From IMG/VR virus record IMGVR_UViG_3300014887_000003: a stretch of DNA of 48,796 bases, one strand, 5' to 3'. The notes below the pieces were generated by a model that ran no database searches, had not been told where the DNA came from, and was given only the letters and a program-made list of their open reading frames with translations. Shown in pieces: positions 1-10,125 of this stretch (position 1 is the stretch's first letter; each line of letters starts with the position of its first letter). The stretch comes from a virus. Position numbers and translations under genes: made by a program.

Positions 1-2
1 GA

Positions 3-1823
3 GAATGGTATTTTGTTACAGTTACATGGAAGATGATAAGCGACACCAGCAGTGAAATAAAAATATATGTAGATGGCGAATTAAAAGTTACGCATGATGC
101 AGGACATTTATCAGAAAAAACAGAAGATACAAAAACATGGATAGGCACTTATGGAGTAAACAAATATTTCGACGGCATCATCGACGAAGTCCGCATCTAC
201 AACAGAGCATTATCGGACGAAGAGATCAAAGTCATATATGAGAACAACACCTTCATCCGCGACGGGTTAGTGGCGTACTGGAGGTTCGACGAGGGTAGCG
301 GTTCAATTGCACACGACACACACCATTTAGTATATCCTGACAATACGGAGGGAGCGGTGGCTGGGAAGGCAATGAGCTTTGATGGAAGTAACGACTATGT
401 TAAGGTTCCTGATTCTCCGAGCTTTGACTTTTCAAGTGGTGTTACAGTCTCGGCATGGGTTAAAACGGAGCGAACGGGTATTTCTCAGAATATAGTGACT
501 AGAGTAGGTGAAATAACCTTAAGAATGGATGTATACGGCAATGCTATTTTCAGTATAAACGACGGTACTGGTTGGAAAGAAGCTAATTCAGGTGAAAAAC
601 TTACAGATGGAAAATGGCACTTCGTTACTGGAACATACGATAATTTGGAAGTAAAAATATATGTAGATGGAGAATTAAAAACCACATACAGCTATACCAC
701 AACTATACAGGACACAGTTAATCCCATATTGATTGGATCAGGGTCAGGATCAGCATACACTGAAGCTGTAATCGACGACGTTAGAATTTACAACCGTGCT
801 CTCTCTCCAGAAGAAATCAAAGCCCTCTACCTCCTCACAAAGAACAAGTACGACGGTCAGTTTACAATCGTTAACTATACAGTAGCCAGCACACCCGAAG
901 TACTTGACAAAGATAAGCTAAGAATCACTCTAACTCCAACAGACGAGCTAACAGACCTACACAAGCTCGTGTTCTTACCGGCAGCCGCCACACACTCCTA
1001 CGACCTGATATCGACCGACACGGACTACTACGGCAACACTCTACAGGTTGTCGAAGTCACGCCAACCGATACCGACCTGACTTTCGACATAACCATAACG
1101 GAGCCACATCCAGACGGCATAGCCCTTGCAGCATGGGAGTACTCAGAAGAAGTCCACTTCACGGCCGATCCAGCAATATACTCGGTACCGATCACTCTGA
1201 ACTGGAAGATCTTTAGCTGGGCAATCGACAACTTCACCAAGATATTCACCCACCGCAGCAACGAACTCGTGCCCGGAGACATGTTCACATTCAAGAAAAC
1301 TCAAACCGCCATAGTATCCGATGGGTACATAGCGTCAACTCATCCCATCGCCAAAACGGATCGCGGTCTTGTGATATCAGACAGTGAGTTTGCCGTGGAG
1401 CCGCAAGCGGACACTATAATCTACCTAACGGAGTTCAACCCCGCAGCAGTTAGGGAGGGTAGAAGCACAAAGCTTGCTGAATTTACGGTAAACACTCAAT
1501 ATCATGACCAGAACATAACGTTCATAATAACGAACCTAACGGCCGGTAAGACGTTTGACATATACAAGAACGGAGAGCTACTGAAAAACGTTACAACACT
1601 CGATAACGGTACGCTCATCTTCACTGATACGGGGTTCTCCCCAACCAATTACACAATAGTTGCTGCGGCACCGGCAATAATAATAGCTCCACCCATATCA
1701 GCACTGCCAACACTTCCAGAGCTGCCGCAGCTCAAACCTGCAATTGAGAGCGTATCGTACGTTATAGCATCAGCTCTAGTGCTACTGACGATTGCAGTAA
1801 TTGCAAGGAGGATAAAGAAGTGA
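3..1823 (+). CDS. LamG/concanavalin A-like domain protein with C-terminal membrane anchor (5' partial); probable surface or virion adhesin
   Basis: Repeated LamG motifs (WYFVTVTW..IKIYVDG, FDGIIDEVRIYNRALS, IDDVRIYNRALS, AYWRFDEGSG). Pro-rich linker, hydrophobic helix, then RRIKK tail. The frame stays open upstream of 33 to the window edge. Confidence 0.9.
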   Translation, partial: EWYFVTVTWKMISDTSSEIKIYVDGELKVTHDAGHLSEKTEDTKTWIGTYGVNKYFDGIIDEVRIYNRALSDEEIKVIYENNTFIRDGLVAYWRFDEGSGSIAHDTHHLVYPDNTEGAVAGKAMSFDGSNDYVKVPDSPSFDFSSGVTVSAWVKTERTGISQNIVTRVGEITLRMDVYGNAIFSINDGTGWKEANSGEKLTDGKWHFVTGTYDNLEVKIYVDGELKTTYSYTTTIQDTVNPILIGSGSGSAYTEAVIDDVRIYNRALSPEEIKALYLLTKNKYDGQFTIVNYTVASTPEVLDKDKLRITLTPTDELTDLHKLVFLPAAATHSYDLISTDTDYYGNTLQVVEVTPTDTDLTFDITITEPHPDGIALAAWEYSEEVHFTADPAIYSVPITLNWKIFSWAIDNFTKIFTHRSNELVPGDMFTFKKTQTAIVSDGYIASTHPIAKTDRGLVISDSEFAVEPQADTIIYLTEFNPAAVREGRSTKLAEFTVNTQYHDQNITFIITNLTAGKTFDIYKNGELLKNVTTLDNGTLIFTDTGFSPTNYTIVAAAPAIIIAPPISALPTLPELPQLKPAIESVSYVIASALVLLTIAVIARRIKK

Positions 1824-2263
1824 GATTAGCTGCTACGGCAGCCACAGCAATCATCGTTTTATTATTTTTTGTAGCGGTTTTATTCATTGAATACATTATA
1901 CCAACGTTTTTCGTAGCCTTCGTTGAGGAGGGTTTGGGTAAGCTCATACCGCTGCTAATCGCTCTGTTAGTGTTCCGGGTTAACTGGGTTAAAGCCGGTC
2001 TTACCGTTGGGATTACGTTTGGCGTGCTTGAAGTCTTGTCCAAGGTGTACCACCTTTCAAACGAGATATGTAACGGAACGTGCGTTTACTTCTCATGGCT
2101 GATGATCGTGCCCGTTCTAGCTGTGCACATACCAAACGCACTTATACAGGCAAAGGTTATTGATTTCTGCCGTCAAAGAGGTAGTTACGAACTTGTTATA
2201 CCCGCATACGTCATCTGCTCGCTTTACCACTGGCTTTATAATGCGAATTTATACGTGATTTAG
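1820..2263 (+). CDS. PrsW-family intramembrane glutamic/metallo-protease-like protein
   Basis: Multi-TM protein with EEGLGK (EExxK), GITFGVLE, H and HWLYN motifs in PrsW order; overlaps the upstream stop codon. Confidence 0.7.
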   Translation: MRLAATAATAIIVLLFFVAVLFIEYIIPTFFVAFVEEGLGKLIPLLIALLVFRVNWVKAGLTVGITFGVLEVLSKVYHLSNEICNGTCVYFSWLMIVPVLAVHIPNALIQAKVIDFCRQRGSYELVIPAYVICSLYHWLYNANLYVI

Positions 2264-2377
2264 GTTATGAGTTACGTCTACTATTTGGACGAGATCGATG
2301 ACGAGTTCGTGTATGAGCACAGCAGATGGGTGTGCAAGTGCAGGGTGAGCGCCGGAGAGCTTGGGAGGATTTAGGAC

Positions 2378-2836
2378 ATGGTTGACCCGAAGCTCGTAAT
2401 CAAAGAGATCCGAAGGCAGGGAGGTGCGTGCAGAAAGGTACGCGGTAAGCCTGAATGGGACTGCTCACTGGGTGAAACACATCTGGTGGTCTCAGAAGAT
2501 GTAATCTCCGTCAGACCTCCCGTAGAATACGGTGCCTCAATATCGGTGGAGTGTTATCCGGGCGTGGAGATGCTCAGGTGTTTTGAAATCCTCAAAGATA
2601 AAGGATTTGAGGTTGATTACAGAGGGAAAACTGGTGATATCATTTTCGAGTTCAATTTTCCACTAGACGAGTACGATAAGGCAATATCCCTCTCCAAAGT
2701 ATTGAATGAGGACGATATATGGGTTAGCGTCGGTCTGCGTGAGGTGATACGGTTCAATAAGGGAGACGAGAGTTTTGATGACCCTTGGGACTTCGCCGAT
2801 CACCTGCGTGAGAGGTTGACCTATAAGCGATTATGA
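2378..2836 (+). CDS. Acidic hypothetical protein
   Basis: 152-aa ORF in a tightly packed + strand gene run. Confidence 0.75.
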   Translation: MVDPKLVIKEIRRQGGACRKVRGKPEWDCSLGETHLVVSEDVISVRPPVEYGASISVECYPGVEMLRCFEILKDKGFEVDYRGKTGDIIFEFNFPLDEYDKAISLSKVLNEDDIWVSVGLREVIRFNKGDESFDDPWDFADHLRERLTYKRL

Positions 2837-2843
2837 GCGCAAG

Positions 2844-3215
2844 GTGATTACGTTGCTAGAGCTGACTGAAAACGTAGAGTACGAAGCTCTGTGGGACAAA
2901 ACAATGGAAAACGCTAAGAAGTGGGAGCTCGGTTCTGGTATAATATACGATCTGCGCAAAAAGCACGGGTACCACGGTAGTTGTGCAATGATCCGATGCT
3001 ACGATTCGGGAAAATGTGATGTAGAAATCGAGGCTGTTCTACCAAAAGATACAGCGGTGCTAAATGTAGCTAAAACGGACTTAGAGATGCTTGGTTGCTA
3101 TGTATATGACGTTCACATTCATCCTGAACCGGAAGATACCTATCACGTTCATGCGATCTGCAGCGTTAACGTTAAGCGGGTGAACGACATTTTGAAGTAT
3201 ATTAAGAACCTGTAG
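2844..3215 (+). CDS. Hypothetical protein, paralogue family (LGC..HVH..C motif)
   Basis: C-terminal LGCYVYDVHIH..YHVHAICSV resembles segments of 3227-3382, 3408-4034 and 7127-7660. Confidence 0.75.
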   Translation: MITLLELTENVEYEALWDKTMENAKKWELGSGIIYDLRKKHGYHGSCAMIRCYDSGKCDVEIEAVLPKDTAVLNVAKTDLEMLGCYVYDVHIHPEPEDTYHVHAICSVNVKRVNDILKYIKNL

Positions 3216-3226
3216 GGTGATGTTTC

Positions 3227-3382
3227 GTGAAATCAGAGCTGTGCATCGCTGAAGAAAAGATCCTTGACGACGTAAAAGCTGAAGCTGAGAAGCCATTCAA
3301 AACCGAGAAGCACGTCCACCTGAGCTGCAACGTTAAGCTGAGAGACTTTGAGGATACGGTAGTCGGGATTATAAAAACATAA
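3227..3382 (+). CDS. Small hypothetical protein (51 aa), paralogue fragment
   Basis: Manually translated from GTG after AGGGTGA RBS: MKSELCIAEE...KHVHLSCNVKL; shares HVHxxCxV with 2844-3215. Confidence 0.55.
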   Translation: MKSELCIAEEKILDDVKAEAEKPFKTEKHVHLSCNVKLRDFEDTVVGIIKT

Positions 3383-3407
3383 GAATATTCTTGACAAGTA
3401 CATCTAG

Positions 3408-4034
3408 GTGACGATCATGCCCGACGAGCTGTTTGAGCGGGCTCAAAAGCTCTGCGAAGAGCGAGTAGCTGATCTGTTTGATCCAACACAGTTTGAGATA
3501 GCTGGAGTTTATGCTGGTATAGACTGGGGAACCAAACAACCGTATTGTGTCGTTGACTTCAGGCGAAAAGGGTGGACGGCTGACGTTGAGTGCAGCAGTT
3601 ATTGCAGAGACGCCATTGAGTACTTTGCCTACGAGGAGTGTGAAGAGGGTGACGAGGAGTGCTGGGAGAAACTTGAGAAAGAGTGCATTGAGGAGTGTGA
3701 GGATAACGTTAAGAAGATACTTACGGGATCGATTGAATTCGACCCCGTAACCCTCAGAGTCAAGAGCGCAACAATACCAACCGACTGCGAACACGTATGG
3801 GGAAGCGAGGAAATGAGTACGGAGGAATTCGAAGAAATGGAGGAAGAGATGCGTAAGAATATTAGGATGTACGGATGCGAGCCCGAAAAAGTTAACTGGA
3901 TACACCCACACGAGATCATACCGATCGAGACACCGGAGCTCGGTTATGAAGAGTATCCGGCGATGTGTTACTACCACGTGGCTGTGTGCAGCTTACGTAG
4001 CGTCATAAGGCTGATGGAGGAGGGGGTGTTGTGA
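3408..4034 (+). CDS. Acidic Cys-rich hypothetical protein
   Basis: CxxxC repeats (CEEGDEECWEKLEKECIEEC); very Glu-rich. Confidence 0.8.
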   Translation: MTIMPDELFERAQKLCEERVADLFDPTQFEIAGVYAGIDWGTKQPYCVVDFRRKGWTADVECSSYCRDAIEYFAYEECEEGDEECWEKLEKECIEECEDNVKKILTGSIEFDPVTLRVKSATIPTDCEHVWGSEEMSTEEFEEMEEEMRKNIRMYGCEPEKVNWIHPHEIIPIETPELGYEEYPAMCYYHVAVCSLRSVIRLMEEGVL

Positions 4035-4612
4035 TGGATAAATGGGAACTAGCCGAGGAGAAGTTAGAAATCCTCGACGAATTGCTCGACAAGTATGGAG
4101 ACGTTAAAACGCTGTTTAATCTCCCGCTCAGAAGAGTTAAGGAGACAGACGAGTACGATGCTCTCCGCTGGGGAGTGGAGCACAGAGCCGGTGATGTGGA
4201 CAAAATTAACGAGGGGCTTGACCGGTATTTGAGGGACGTGCTTAAGTTCGTCGAGGCAAACATGAAGGAAATCGTCGTTACCGATGAGGCCGTTACTAGA
4301 GGGAAACACTGCGTTATACGCCCCGTTTGCTTCGATAAACCCGTGAGAGAGTGTACTACTTTCTATTATCCGGTATTCGATCACGAACTTGGTGATGCCG
4401 AGAGCATTGACGTGAGAGCACCGTCTGAGGATGACCTGTTCGATGAGCTCGCAGAGAGATCATATACTTCGAAGTGTCTTTTCGTAGACCCGTCTTTTGA
4501 GAAACTGTACGATCTCGAAAGTGGTGATGAGATCGATATAGACAAAGAAAGTAAGATGCTGGTCGAATATTACAGAAAAAGACTCAAAAAATTGGGAGTA
4601 GAGCTATGGTAA
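4031..4612 (+). CDS. Acidic hypothetical protein
   Basis: 193-aa ORF coupled to the upstream stop; followed by a T-rich stretch. Confidence 0.75.
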   Translation: MMDKWELAEEKLEILDELLDKYGDVKTLFNLPLRRVKETDEYDALRWGVEHRAGDVDKINEGLDRYLRDVLKFVEANMKEIVVTDEAVTRGKHCVIRPVCFDKPVRECTTFYYPVFDHELGDAESIDVRAPSEDDLFDELAERSYTSKCLFVDPSFEKLYDLESGDEIDIDKESKMLVEYYRKRLKKLGVELW

Positions 4613-4788
4613 CTTTCGCTTTCATTACGGTTTTAACCGTGTCAAAGGTATCCCCTGCGTTCGAGCCACTCCGCTACTGCCTCTCTGATAATATCTGACT
4701 TGTTGCGTTCGTATTTCTTAGCTACCTTGGATACGGCAGAATATAGTTTCTCCCCAAACCGGACGGAAACCTTGTACTTCATCCCCTC

Positions 4789-6423
4789 TCACCCGATGAT
4801 TATCTCTCTTAACTGGTCATACACCTTATCAACCGCCTCATCAGGTATCGTGGCTTTTACTCTCCTTAGCTTCGTGTTTACCCATGCGTAGAACGTATTC
4901 CTAAAACCCCTTTTACCGTGAAGGCTTGCCTCGGCAATAATCCCTATTCCTTCAAGCTTCCTCAGATAAGATCTAACAGTTGACTCCGTTACGGTAGTAT
5001 CTACATCTTCCACAAAGAAGACAGTGTCTGGATCGAACCTCACGACCTGTCTGAAGATGTCCGGTAAAGCCCCTCTCACCCCAAGCAACTCTCTCTTAAT
5101 GTAGCTCTCCATTTCACGAATCGTTTGTTTTACTGCAACATCGCTTAGTGCCTGATCCACAAGATACTTCCTCTCCCTCTCAGTAGCTTCGTACATCTCT
5201 ACCTTCTGCTCAAGTTCTCTAACTCTTCTGATGAGCTCTGCAATGTCGGATGGATAAAGTTCAATCCCTACTTCCTCCGCAAATTCCGTTATCGCATCCA
5301 CTACCGCCGTCGATACTTCTTTGATCCTCTCAAGCTTTCTTCCAAGCTCGCTTGCTGTTGCTAGATCGTCCTCAAGTTTCTTTATTCTTTCGTCTCTTGC
5401 TTTTATTTCACTCCTGAGCCGCTTATTTTCCTCTTCAAGTTGTTTGTTTCTTTCTTCAAGTTCAGCCAATCTCTTCTTCATGTCAACGATGGAAGATTCA
5501 AGTTCCTTTACCCTTCTCGGTAGATCTCTGCCCCTCTCACTCTCCTCAGCGCTTTTTTCAATTTTCTCAACCAGTTTTAGAAAAGAGGATATATCTACCT
5601 CGACAGGAGTAAAGACCGGTGTCTCTCCACCGTGCGGCGTCTTTCTTTTGTCCACTTTTATAACAAACTCCTCGTCAAACCCTAAGACAACTGCCTCTCC
5701 AGCCTTGAAGTTCTTCACTTCATTTGCTATTTCCTGAGGAATCTTCCTTCTCAAGTTCTCGAAATCTACCCCAGTAACTTTGAAGTTTATCTGGATCTCA
5801 CACTGTGTCAGAGACGTCTTTGCGGTCTCGGCTTCTCTCTGACCCGCAACCACGTAACCAATCCCGTGTTTTCTACCCGTTCTTGCAATCTCTGCAACCC
5901 AGTACGCAACCTTGTTCTGATATTCAGCGACTTCTCTAAGTTTTATCATGCTCCTCTCCGGGGTTATCCTGTGTATCTCATCAATTATCAGAACAACCGG
6001 CCTTCTGACCTCTCTTGCGGTATCGTAGAAGGCTTTAAAAAAGGAAGCCATGAATCTGTACTGATCCAGCATAGTTGCATAGCTCAGATCGAGCACAACA
6101 CTCTGGCCAGATTCAAGTATTACTTTTGCTATATCCTCAGCCATATCTACGGTAACTTTAAAGTCGGCGTATTCTTCCTTACCCATTGAAACAACTATGA
6201 CCGGATACTTCTGCTTTAGCGTATAGTACTGCCCCATTATATCGACAAGGACGAACTGCTGCCCGATTTCAGACAATCTTTCAGCAATTAAGCCAACTAA
6301 GTAGCTTTTGCCAACCCCTCTCTTTCCTATTATTGCGAGGCCACTGTTTATCAAATACTCTCTCACATCCAGCTCAAACGGCTCTCCATCCCTCCTAACA
6401 CCAATTCTAATTTTCAAAAACAC
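4789..6423 (-). CDS. HerA/FtsK-like (DUF87-type) ATPase with coiled coil and C-terminal winged helix
   Basis: Walker A GKRGVGKS, LVDIMGQY, Walker B VLIIDEIH, RTGRKHG and QR motifs; long heptad region; C-terminal TESTVRSYLRKLEGIG. Confidence 0.85.
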   Translation of the reverse strand: MFLKIRIGVRRDGEPFELDVREYLINSGLAIIGKRGVGKSYLVGLIAERLSEIGQQFVLVDIMGQYYTLKQKYPVIVVSMGKEEYADFKVTVDMAEDIAKVILESGQSVVLDLSYATMLDQYRFMASFFKAFYDTAREVRRPVVLIIDEIHRITPERSMIKLREVAEYQNKVAYWVAEIARTGRKHGIGYVVAGQREAETAKTSLTQCEIQINFKVTGVDFENLRRKIPQEIANEVKNFKAGEAVVLGFDEEFVIKVDKRKTPHGGETPVFTPVEVDISSFLKLVEKIEKSAEESERGRDLPRRVKELESSIVDMKKRLAELEERNKQLEEENKRLRSEIKARDERIKKLEDDLATASELGRKLERIKEVSTAVVDAITEFAEEVGIELYPSDIAELIRRVRELEQKVEMYEATERERKYLVDQALSDVAVKQTIREMESYIKRELLGVRGALPDIFRQVVRFDPDTVFFVEDVDTTVTESTVRSYLRKLEGIGIIAEASLHGKRGFRNTFYAWVNTKLRRVKATIPDEAVDKVYDQLREIIIG

Positions 6424-6434
6424 ACCCTCCGTAC

Positions 6435-6638
6435 TTACTGGATAATGGTGTTAGGTGTAATCCCTCTCCATCTTGGCGGGAACTTAGGTGGAACCCACTT
6501 CCATCTTGGTGGGAACTCCGACCATGGCTCCTTCTTCTCAACAGGCTCGAAGTAGTCCCTTCTCCTGTTGTGTTTGCACATAGGACACTTGTGCGGGTAG
6601 CTCGTGCATACATCTTTATACGGACACTCGACCTCCAT
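6435..6638 (-). CDS. Small Cys-rich protein
   Basis: CPY..C....CPMC motif; PPRW/PPKF/PPRW repeats; same operon as the HerA-like gene. Confidence 0.6.
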   Translation of the reverse strand: MEVECPYKDVCTSYPHKCPMCKHNRRRDYFEPVEKKEPWSEFPPRWKWVPPKFPPRWRGITPNTIIQ

Positions 6639-6655
6639 CTTTGGTTTCCCCCAAT

Positions 6656-6817
6656 CTAGTCTTTCCCTCCCTCTTCAGTAGTGTTAAGTTCGGCTGAATC
6701 ATCCACTCCGTCAAAGCTTAACCGACCAGTTGCCCCATGTATTGTCCCATCCTTGATTTTAACCAATCTAATCTTTCCTTCAACAAATCTAATCTTTCCT
6801 TCCCAGATTACTTCCAT
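6656..6817 (-). CDS. Small hypothetical protein (53 aa) with internal EGKIR duplication
   Basis: Manually translated; GGAGGTGAG RBS upstream; MEVIWEGKIRFVEGKIRLV. Confidence 0.55.
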   Translation of the reverse strand: MEVIWEGKIRFVEGKIRLVKIKDGTIHGATGRLSFDGVDDSAELNTTEEGGKD

Positions 6818-7126
6818 CCTCTCACCTCCTTATATGGGCTCGACACCATGTGTAATACAATGTCTTACAATATATAAACTTACCGATAGAATATCGCTCA
6901 TCGACGCTATCCACGATTTAAGATCCTGAGCCACTATTTTTGTTAGTGCCACCCCTAGGCTGAAAGGTAAAACTCTTATAATTTTAGTACCGAACTTTAA
7001 GCATGGGATATTCACAAGATCAAATGAGGGTTGGACGAGAGCTAATGAAGAGATGCATCATCGATAAGGACGAGGAAGCATGCAGAGTGCTTGCTGAAAT
7101 TTTAAAAGATTTAGATACTGAGAAAA

Positions 7127-7660
7127 ATGAAGATTAAACTATTCGAGACGGAAACGAGATGCCTTGAATGGTCTGAGAGCTTTATCTCACGGTGGATTGG
7201 GAAGTCCCGTTCAGCAGTTGAGAAGATTACCCTAGAAGGCCTAACGATAGCCGAAGACTACGACTGTCCGGTTAACTACGAGTTCGTAGAGGACAATACC
7301 TTAATAAAAGCAGGCTGCTACGGCAACGATGCTTTTTTCATCGTTAAATATCCCCCTTACTATACCACTCAATGGGCAAGCGCTGATGTAGGTGTAAGGT
7401 GCTCAGACCCCGCATCTTGCATGGTAAACGGCATGGTGGCTGTAGATCCAGAATCTGAGATCGGCTACGAAGACATTGCAGAGAAGTTGAAAGAGCTAGG
7501 CTGCGAGGTCGAAGTTGACAAACACTTGGGAGCATATTACATCGAATTTTCGTGCAAGGAGATAACGGAGAGAGAGGTCGATAAAGTGATAGATATCACC
7601 AACGATGTTGTTGTAAAGCAGTGGCTGGAAAAGTTTGAAGACTGGTGTGAAGCAAGATGA
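7127..7660 (+). CDS. Acidic hypothetical protein, paralogue family
   Basis: LKELGCEVEVDKHLGAYYIEFSC resembles the 2844-3215 C-terminus. Confidence 0.75.
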   Translation: MKIKLFETETRCLEWSESFISRWIGKSRSAVEKITLEGLTIAEDYDCPVNYEFVEDNTLIKAGCYGNDAFFIVKYPPYYTTQWASADVGVRCSDPASCMVNGMVAVDPESEIGYEDIAEKLKELGCEVEVDKHLGAYYIEFSCKEITEREVDKVIDITNDVVVKQWLEKFEDWCEAR

Positions 7661-7855
7661 TTGCATTAGAAGTTAGAAGCGCAGAGATTCTACAAGATGA
7701 AAAAGATGAACCGGTAGGAAATGCCGAAATTATGCGTTTTCTGGAACTAGAAGAGAGGCTCAGAACGTTAAACTCAGAAATACAGAGATTTAGGCCGGCA
7801 AAATAAACAAAGACGTATACGAGCTTGCAAAACAGGGATACTACGACTTCTGGAG
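7657..7855 (+). pseudogene. Frameshifted, truncated copy of the 5' end of the 8403-9629 gene
   Basis: FLELEERLRTLNSEIQ matches FLELEEKLRTLNSEIQ; a 1-nt deletion gives TAA at 7804-7806; 7806-7843 is identical to 8493-8530 (38 nt). Confidence 0.75.
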
Positions 7856-7894
7856 TGATAACTTTTTTATCTTATTAATTGCTATTTCTTTTCA

Positions 7895-8401
7895 ATGATC
7901 GTAAATGTTGCGTGCAACGATAACGCATTTCTAATTGAAGCTCTAAAAGAACAAAATCTAATCGACTACAAAGGAGTCGTGTTTGACGTAGATTTTCCTG
8001 AATACGAAATCAAGTTATACAAGGGTAGAGAGAACTGGTTCTATGAGATATACGATATGGGGCAACTGCGTGAGTGCATAGTACCAAAGGATGTCCCTAA
8101 AGATGTTGCCACGAACATGGTTGTTCTGTTAGATTCAAGGAGGATGATCAAAGAGCTTGACTGTGACGATAAGTATAGACACTGTGTTATGGGTTGTGAG
8201 GATAGACCTGATTTTTCAGAATGTATCGAAGACTGCAACAAATGGGATAGAATATGTAGAGATGCTGAAAAAGATTTTGAGTCCGCATACGAGAGTGCAA
8301 GAGAGCATCTTGGAAGTAACAGAATTCACTTCATAGGCTGCATTCTTGGTGAACAGGCTGAAAGCCCGGATATTGACTGGATTTGCGCATTTAGGTGGTA
8401 G
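7895..8401 (+). CDS. Acidic Cys-rich protein, paralogue of 11493-11999
   Basis: Both 168 aa; shared Y.G.E.W, IVPKD, C...Y..C...C and GE.A.SPD.D motifs. Confidence 0.8.
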   Translation: MIVNVACNDNAFLIEALKEQNLIDYKGVVFDVDFPEYEIKLYKGRENWFYEIYDMGQLRECIVPKDVPKDVATNMVVLLDSRRMIKELDCDDKYRHCVMGCEDRPDFSECIEDCNKWDRICRDAEKDFESAYESAREHLGSNRIHFIGCILGEQAESPDIDWICAFRW

Positions 8402-8402
8402 C

Positions 8403-9629
8403 GTGACCTCCGAAGTTAAGCACTTTCTCGAACTTGAGGAAAAGCTCAGAACGCTCAACTCCGAAATACAGGGATTCAAGGCCGGCAAAATCAACAAAGA
8501 CGTATACGAGCTTGCAAAACAGGGATACTATAACTTTTGGAGGTTCAGAGACCTTATGAGGACGGTTGATGATGCAAGGGTTGAATTATACGACGTAGAT
8601 GAGCACGAGGACTACGTTGGGTTTAAACCCATCATCCACCCGCTGATCGACTGGAGCGAGGACTTGCTAAAGTGGAAAGAGGTTGCATGCCGCAGAGAGG
8701 GGGCGTTCTACAAGTGCGAGGAGGTTCCAGCCCATCCATTCTACGCTCACCAAGGTGAGATTCGTTCAGCGGGGATTACATGCGGTTTCATATCGCCGGA
8801 TGAGGAGAAAATATCAATGCTGAAAGCTGTAGACTCTTTTACAAACTGTCTACACTCCTTTGCTGTAGATGCAGCTAAAGCGTTCAAAGACAAAGATGAG
8901 CTTGAAGAGGAGACTGCTGGAATATGCAAGATAATAGGATACCCATCCGATCCCAAAACACGAGAAATTCTATTCAAAGCATGCAAAACATTTGCTAAGT
9001 GGGTAGACGAAAACGAGTGGTGGTATAGCAGTGCGGATACGGATGAGCAGGAGGGGTTAATATTCCCCAACAAGATACAGTTCACCATTGGAGGATATGT
9101 CGGGCACAAGTCTGAAATAGACCTGAAGGATATGGAATTCCTCTACTACGACCACCACTACGCAAGGGCTGAAGCGGCAAAGTATGCGCTTGAACGCGGA
9201 CTGAATTTAGAGTGTTCGGGCACATTAGAACTATCGTGTAAACTCAAATCGCCGGAAGATGCAATTGAGATTGCGAGATTTTTAACTTTTCTACCAAGCA
9301 TGGATATACACCTCAATGAGATTGCACACGATATTGCAAGTGAGAGATCCGAGATGTGCGAGGTGGAGTGTCATGCGGATCCAGAGGATTACATAGACTA
9401 CGATTCGTGTGTGGAGGATTGCGAGATATCGTGCGATGAAGATGAAGCGTGTAAAGAGGAGTGTATAGATTCGTGTGTTATTAACCAATGCGCCGATGTG
9501 TGCGGGAGGAGGACTTTGGAGGAAACAAAAGAGGAGCTATCAGAGAACTTGAGAGACCTGTACTATAAGGCCATCACGGATAGGAGTATGAACTACGGCG
9601 ATATACTAGAAGACCTAAGAGAGTGGTGA
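8403..9629 (+). CDS. Large acidic protein with C-terminal CxxxC-rich domain
   Basis: Probable GTG start at 8403 after AGGTGG; C-terminal CEVEC..CVEDCEISC..CKEECIDSC..CADVC. Confidence 0.8.
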   Translation: MTSEVKHFLELEEKLRTLNSEIQGFKAGKINKDVYELAKQGYYNFWRFRDLMRTVDDARVELYDVDEHEDYVGFKPIIHPLIDWSEDLLKWKEVACRREGAFYKCEEVPAHPFYAHQGEIRSAGITCGFISPDEEKISMLKAVDSFTNCLHSFAVDAAKAFKDKDELEEETAGICKIIGYPSDPKTREILFKACKTFAKWVDENEWWYSSADTDEQEGLIFPNKIQFTIGGYVGHKSEIDLKDMEFLYYDHHYARAEAAKYALERGLNLECSGTLELSCKLKSPEDAIEIARFLTFLPSMDIHLNEIAHDIASERSEMCEVECHADPEDYIDYDSCVEDCEISCDEDEACKEECIDSCVINQCADVCGRRTLEETKEELSENLRDLYYKAITDRSMNYGDILEDLREW

Positions 9630-9633
9630 TAAG

Positions 9634-10110
9634 GTGAAGGAAGCAATATATCTGGATGCTGACGATACCATCTGGGACGTGTTGCCGGACGGTATGGCAT
9701 CCAAATGCCTACCGCCGTACAAGAAGGTCGATGATGATCTGCTAATCGGCCACGGCAGCATGGGAGAATGTGCAATACTGCTGCGAGAGGGTGTTAGGGA
9801 TCTAATCGACTATGCAAAGTCTCATAACATGGACGTCGTACTTGTATCGCAGAATGATCCGGTTCCAGTTAAAGTTGCAATTAGAGAGCTGGATTTACCA
9901 TTTGACAGAGAGTACATTAGCTTTGATATGAACAAGTACCTTACTATATTAAGAGATATGCGAGAGCACGAAGTCGATCACGCATATTTTGTAGATGATG
10001 TCTACGGTAACGAGAAGCTTGTTAGAGGGATTAAGTCCCTCAAATTTATAAAAGATAGAGTTGAATTATACGACGACGTTACAAAATTAATTAGAAAGTT
10101 GGAAGGATAA
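9634..10110 (+). CDS. HAD-superfamily phosphatase (MDP-1-like)
   Basis: Motif I YLDADDTIW, motif II VSQN, motif IV FVDD. Confidence 0.8.
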   Translation: MKEAIYLDADDTIWDVLPDGMASKCLPPYKKVDDDLLIGHGSMGECAILLREGVRDLIDYAKSHNMDVVLVSQNDPVPVKVAIRELDLPFDREYISFDMNKYLTILRDMREHEVDHAYFVDDVYGNEKLVRGIKSLKFIKDRVELYDDVTKLIRKLEG

Positions 10111-10125
10111 TTTGGGGGTGAAGGA

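Noticed and set aside
8580-10075. 16-nt identity GTTGAATTATACGACG (8580-8595 and 10060-10075)
   Set aside because: Encodes RVELYD in two otherwise unrelated proteins; too short to interpret.
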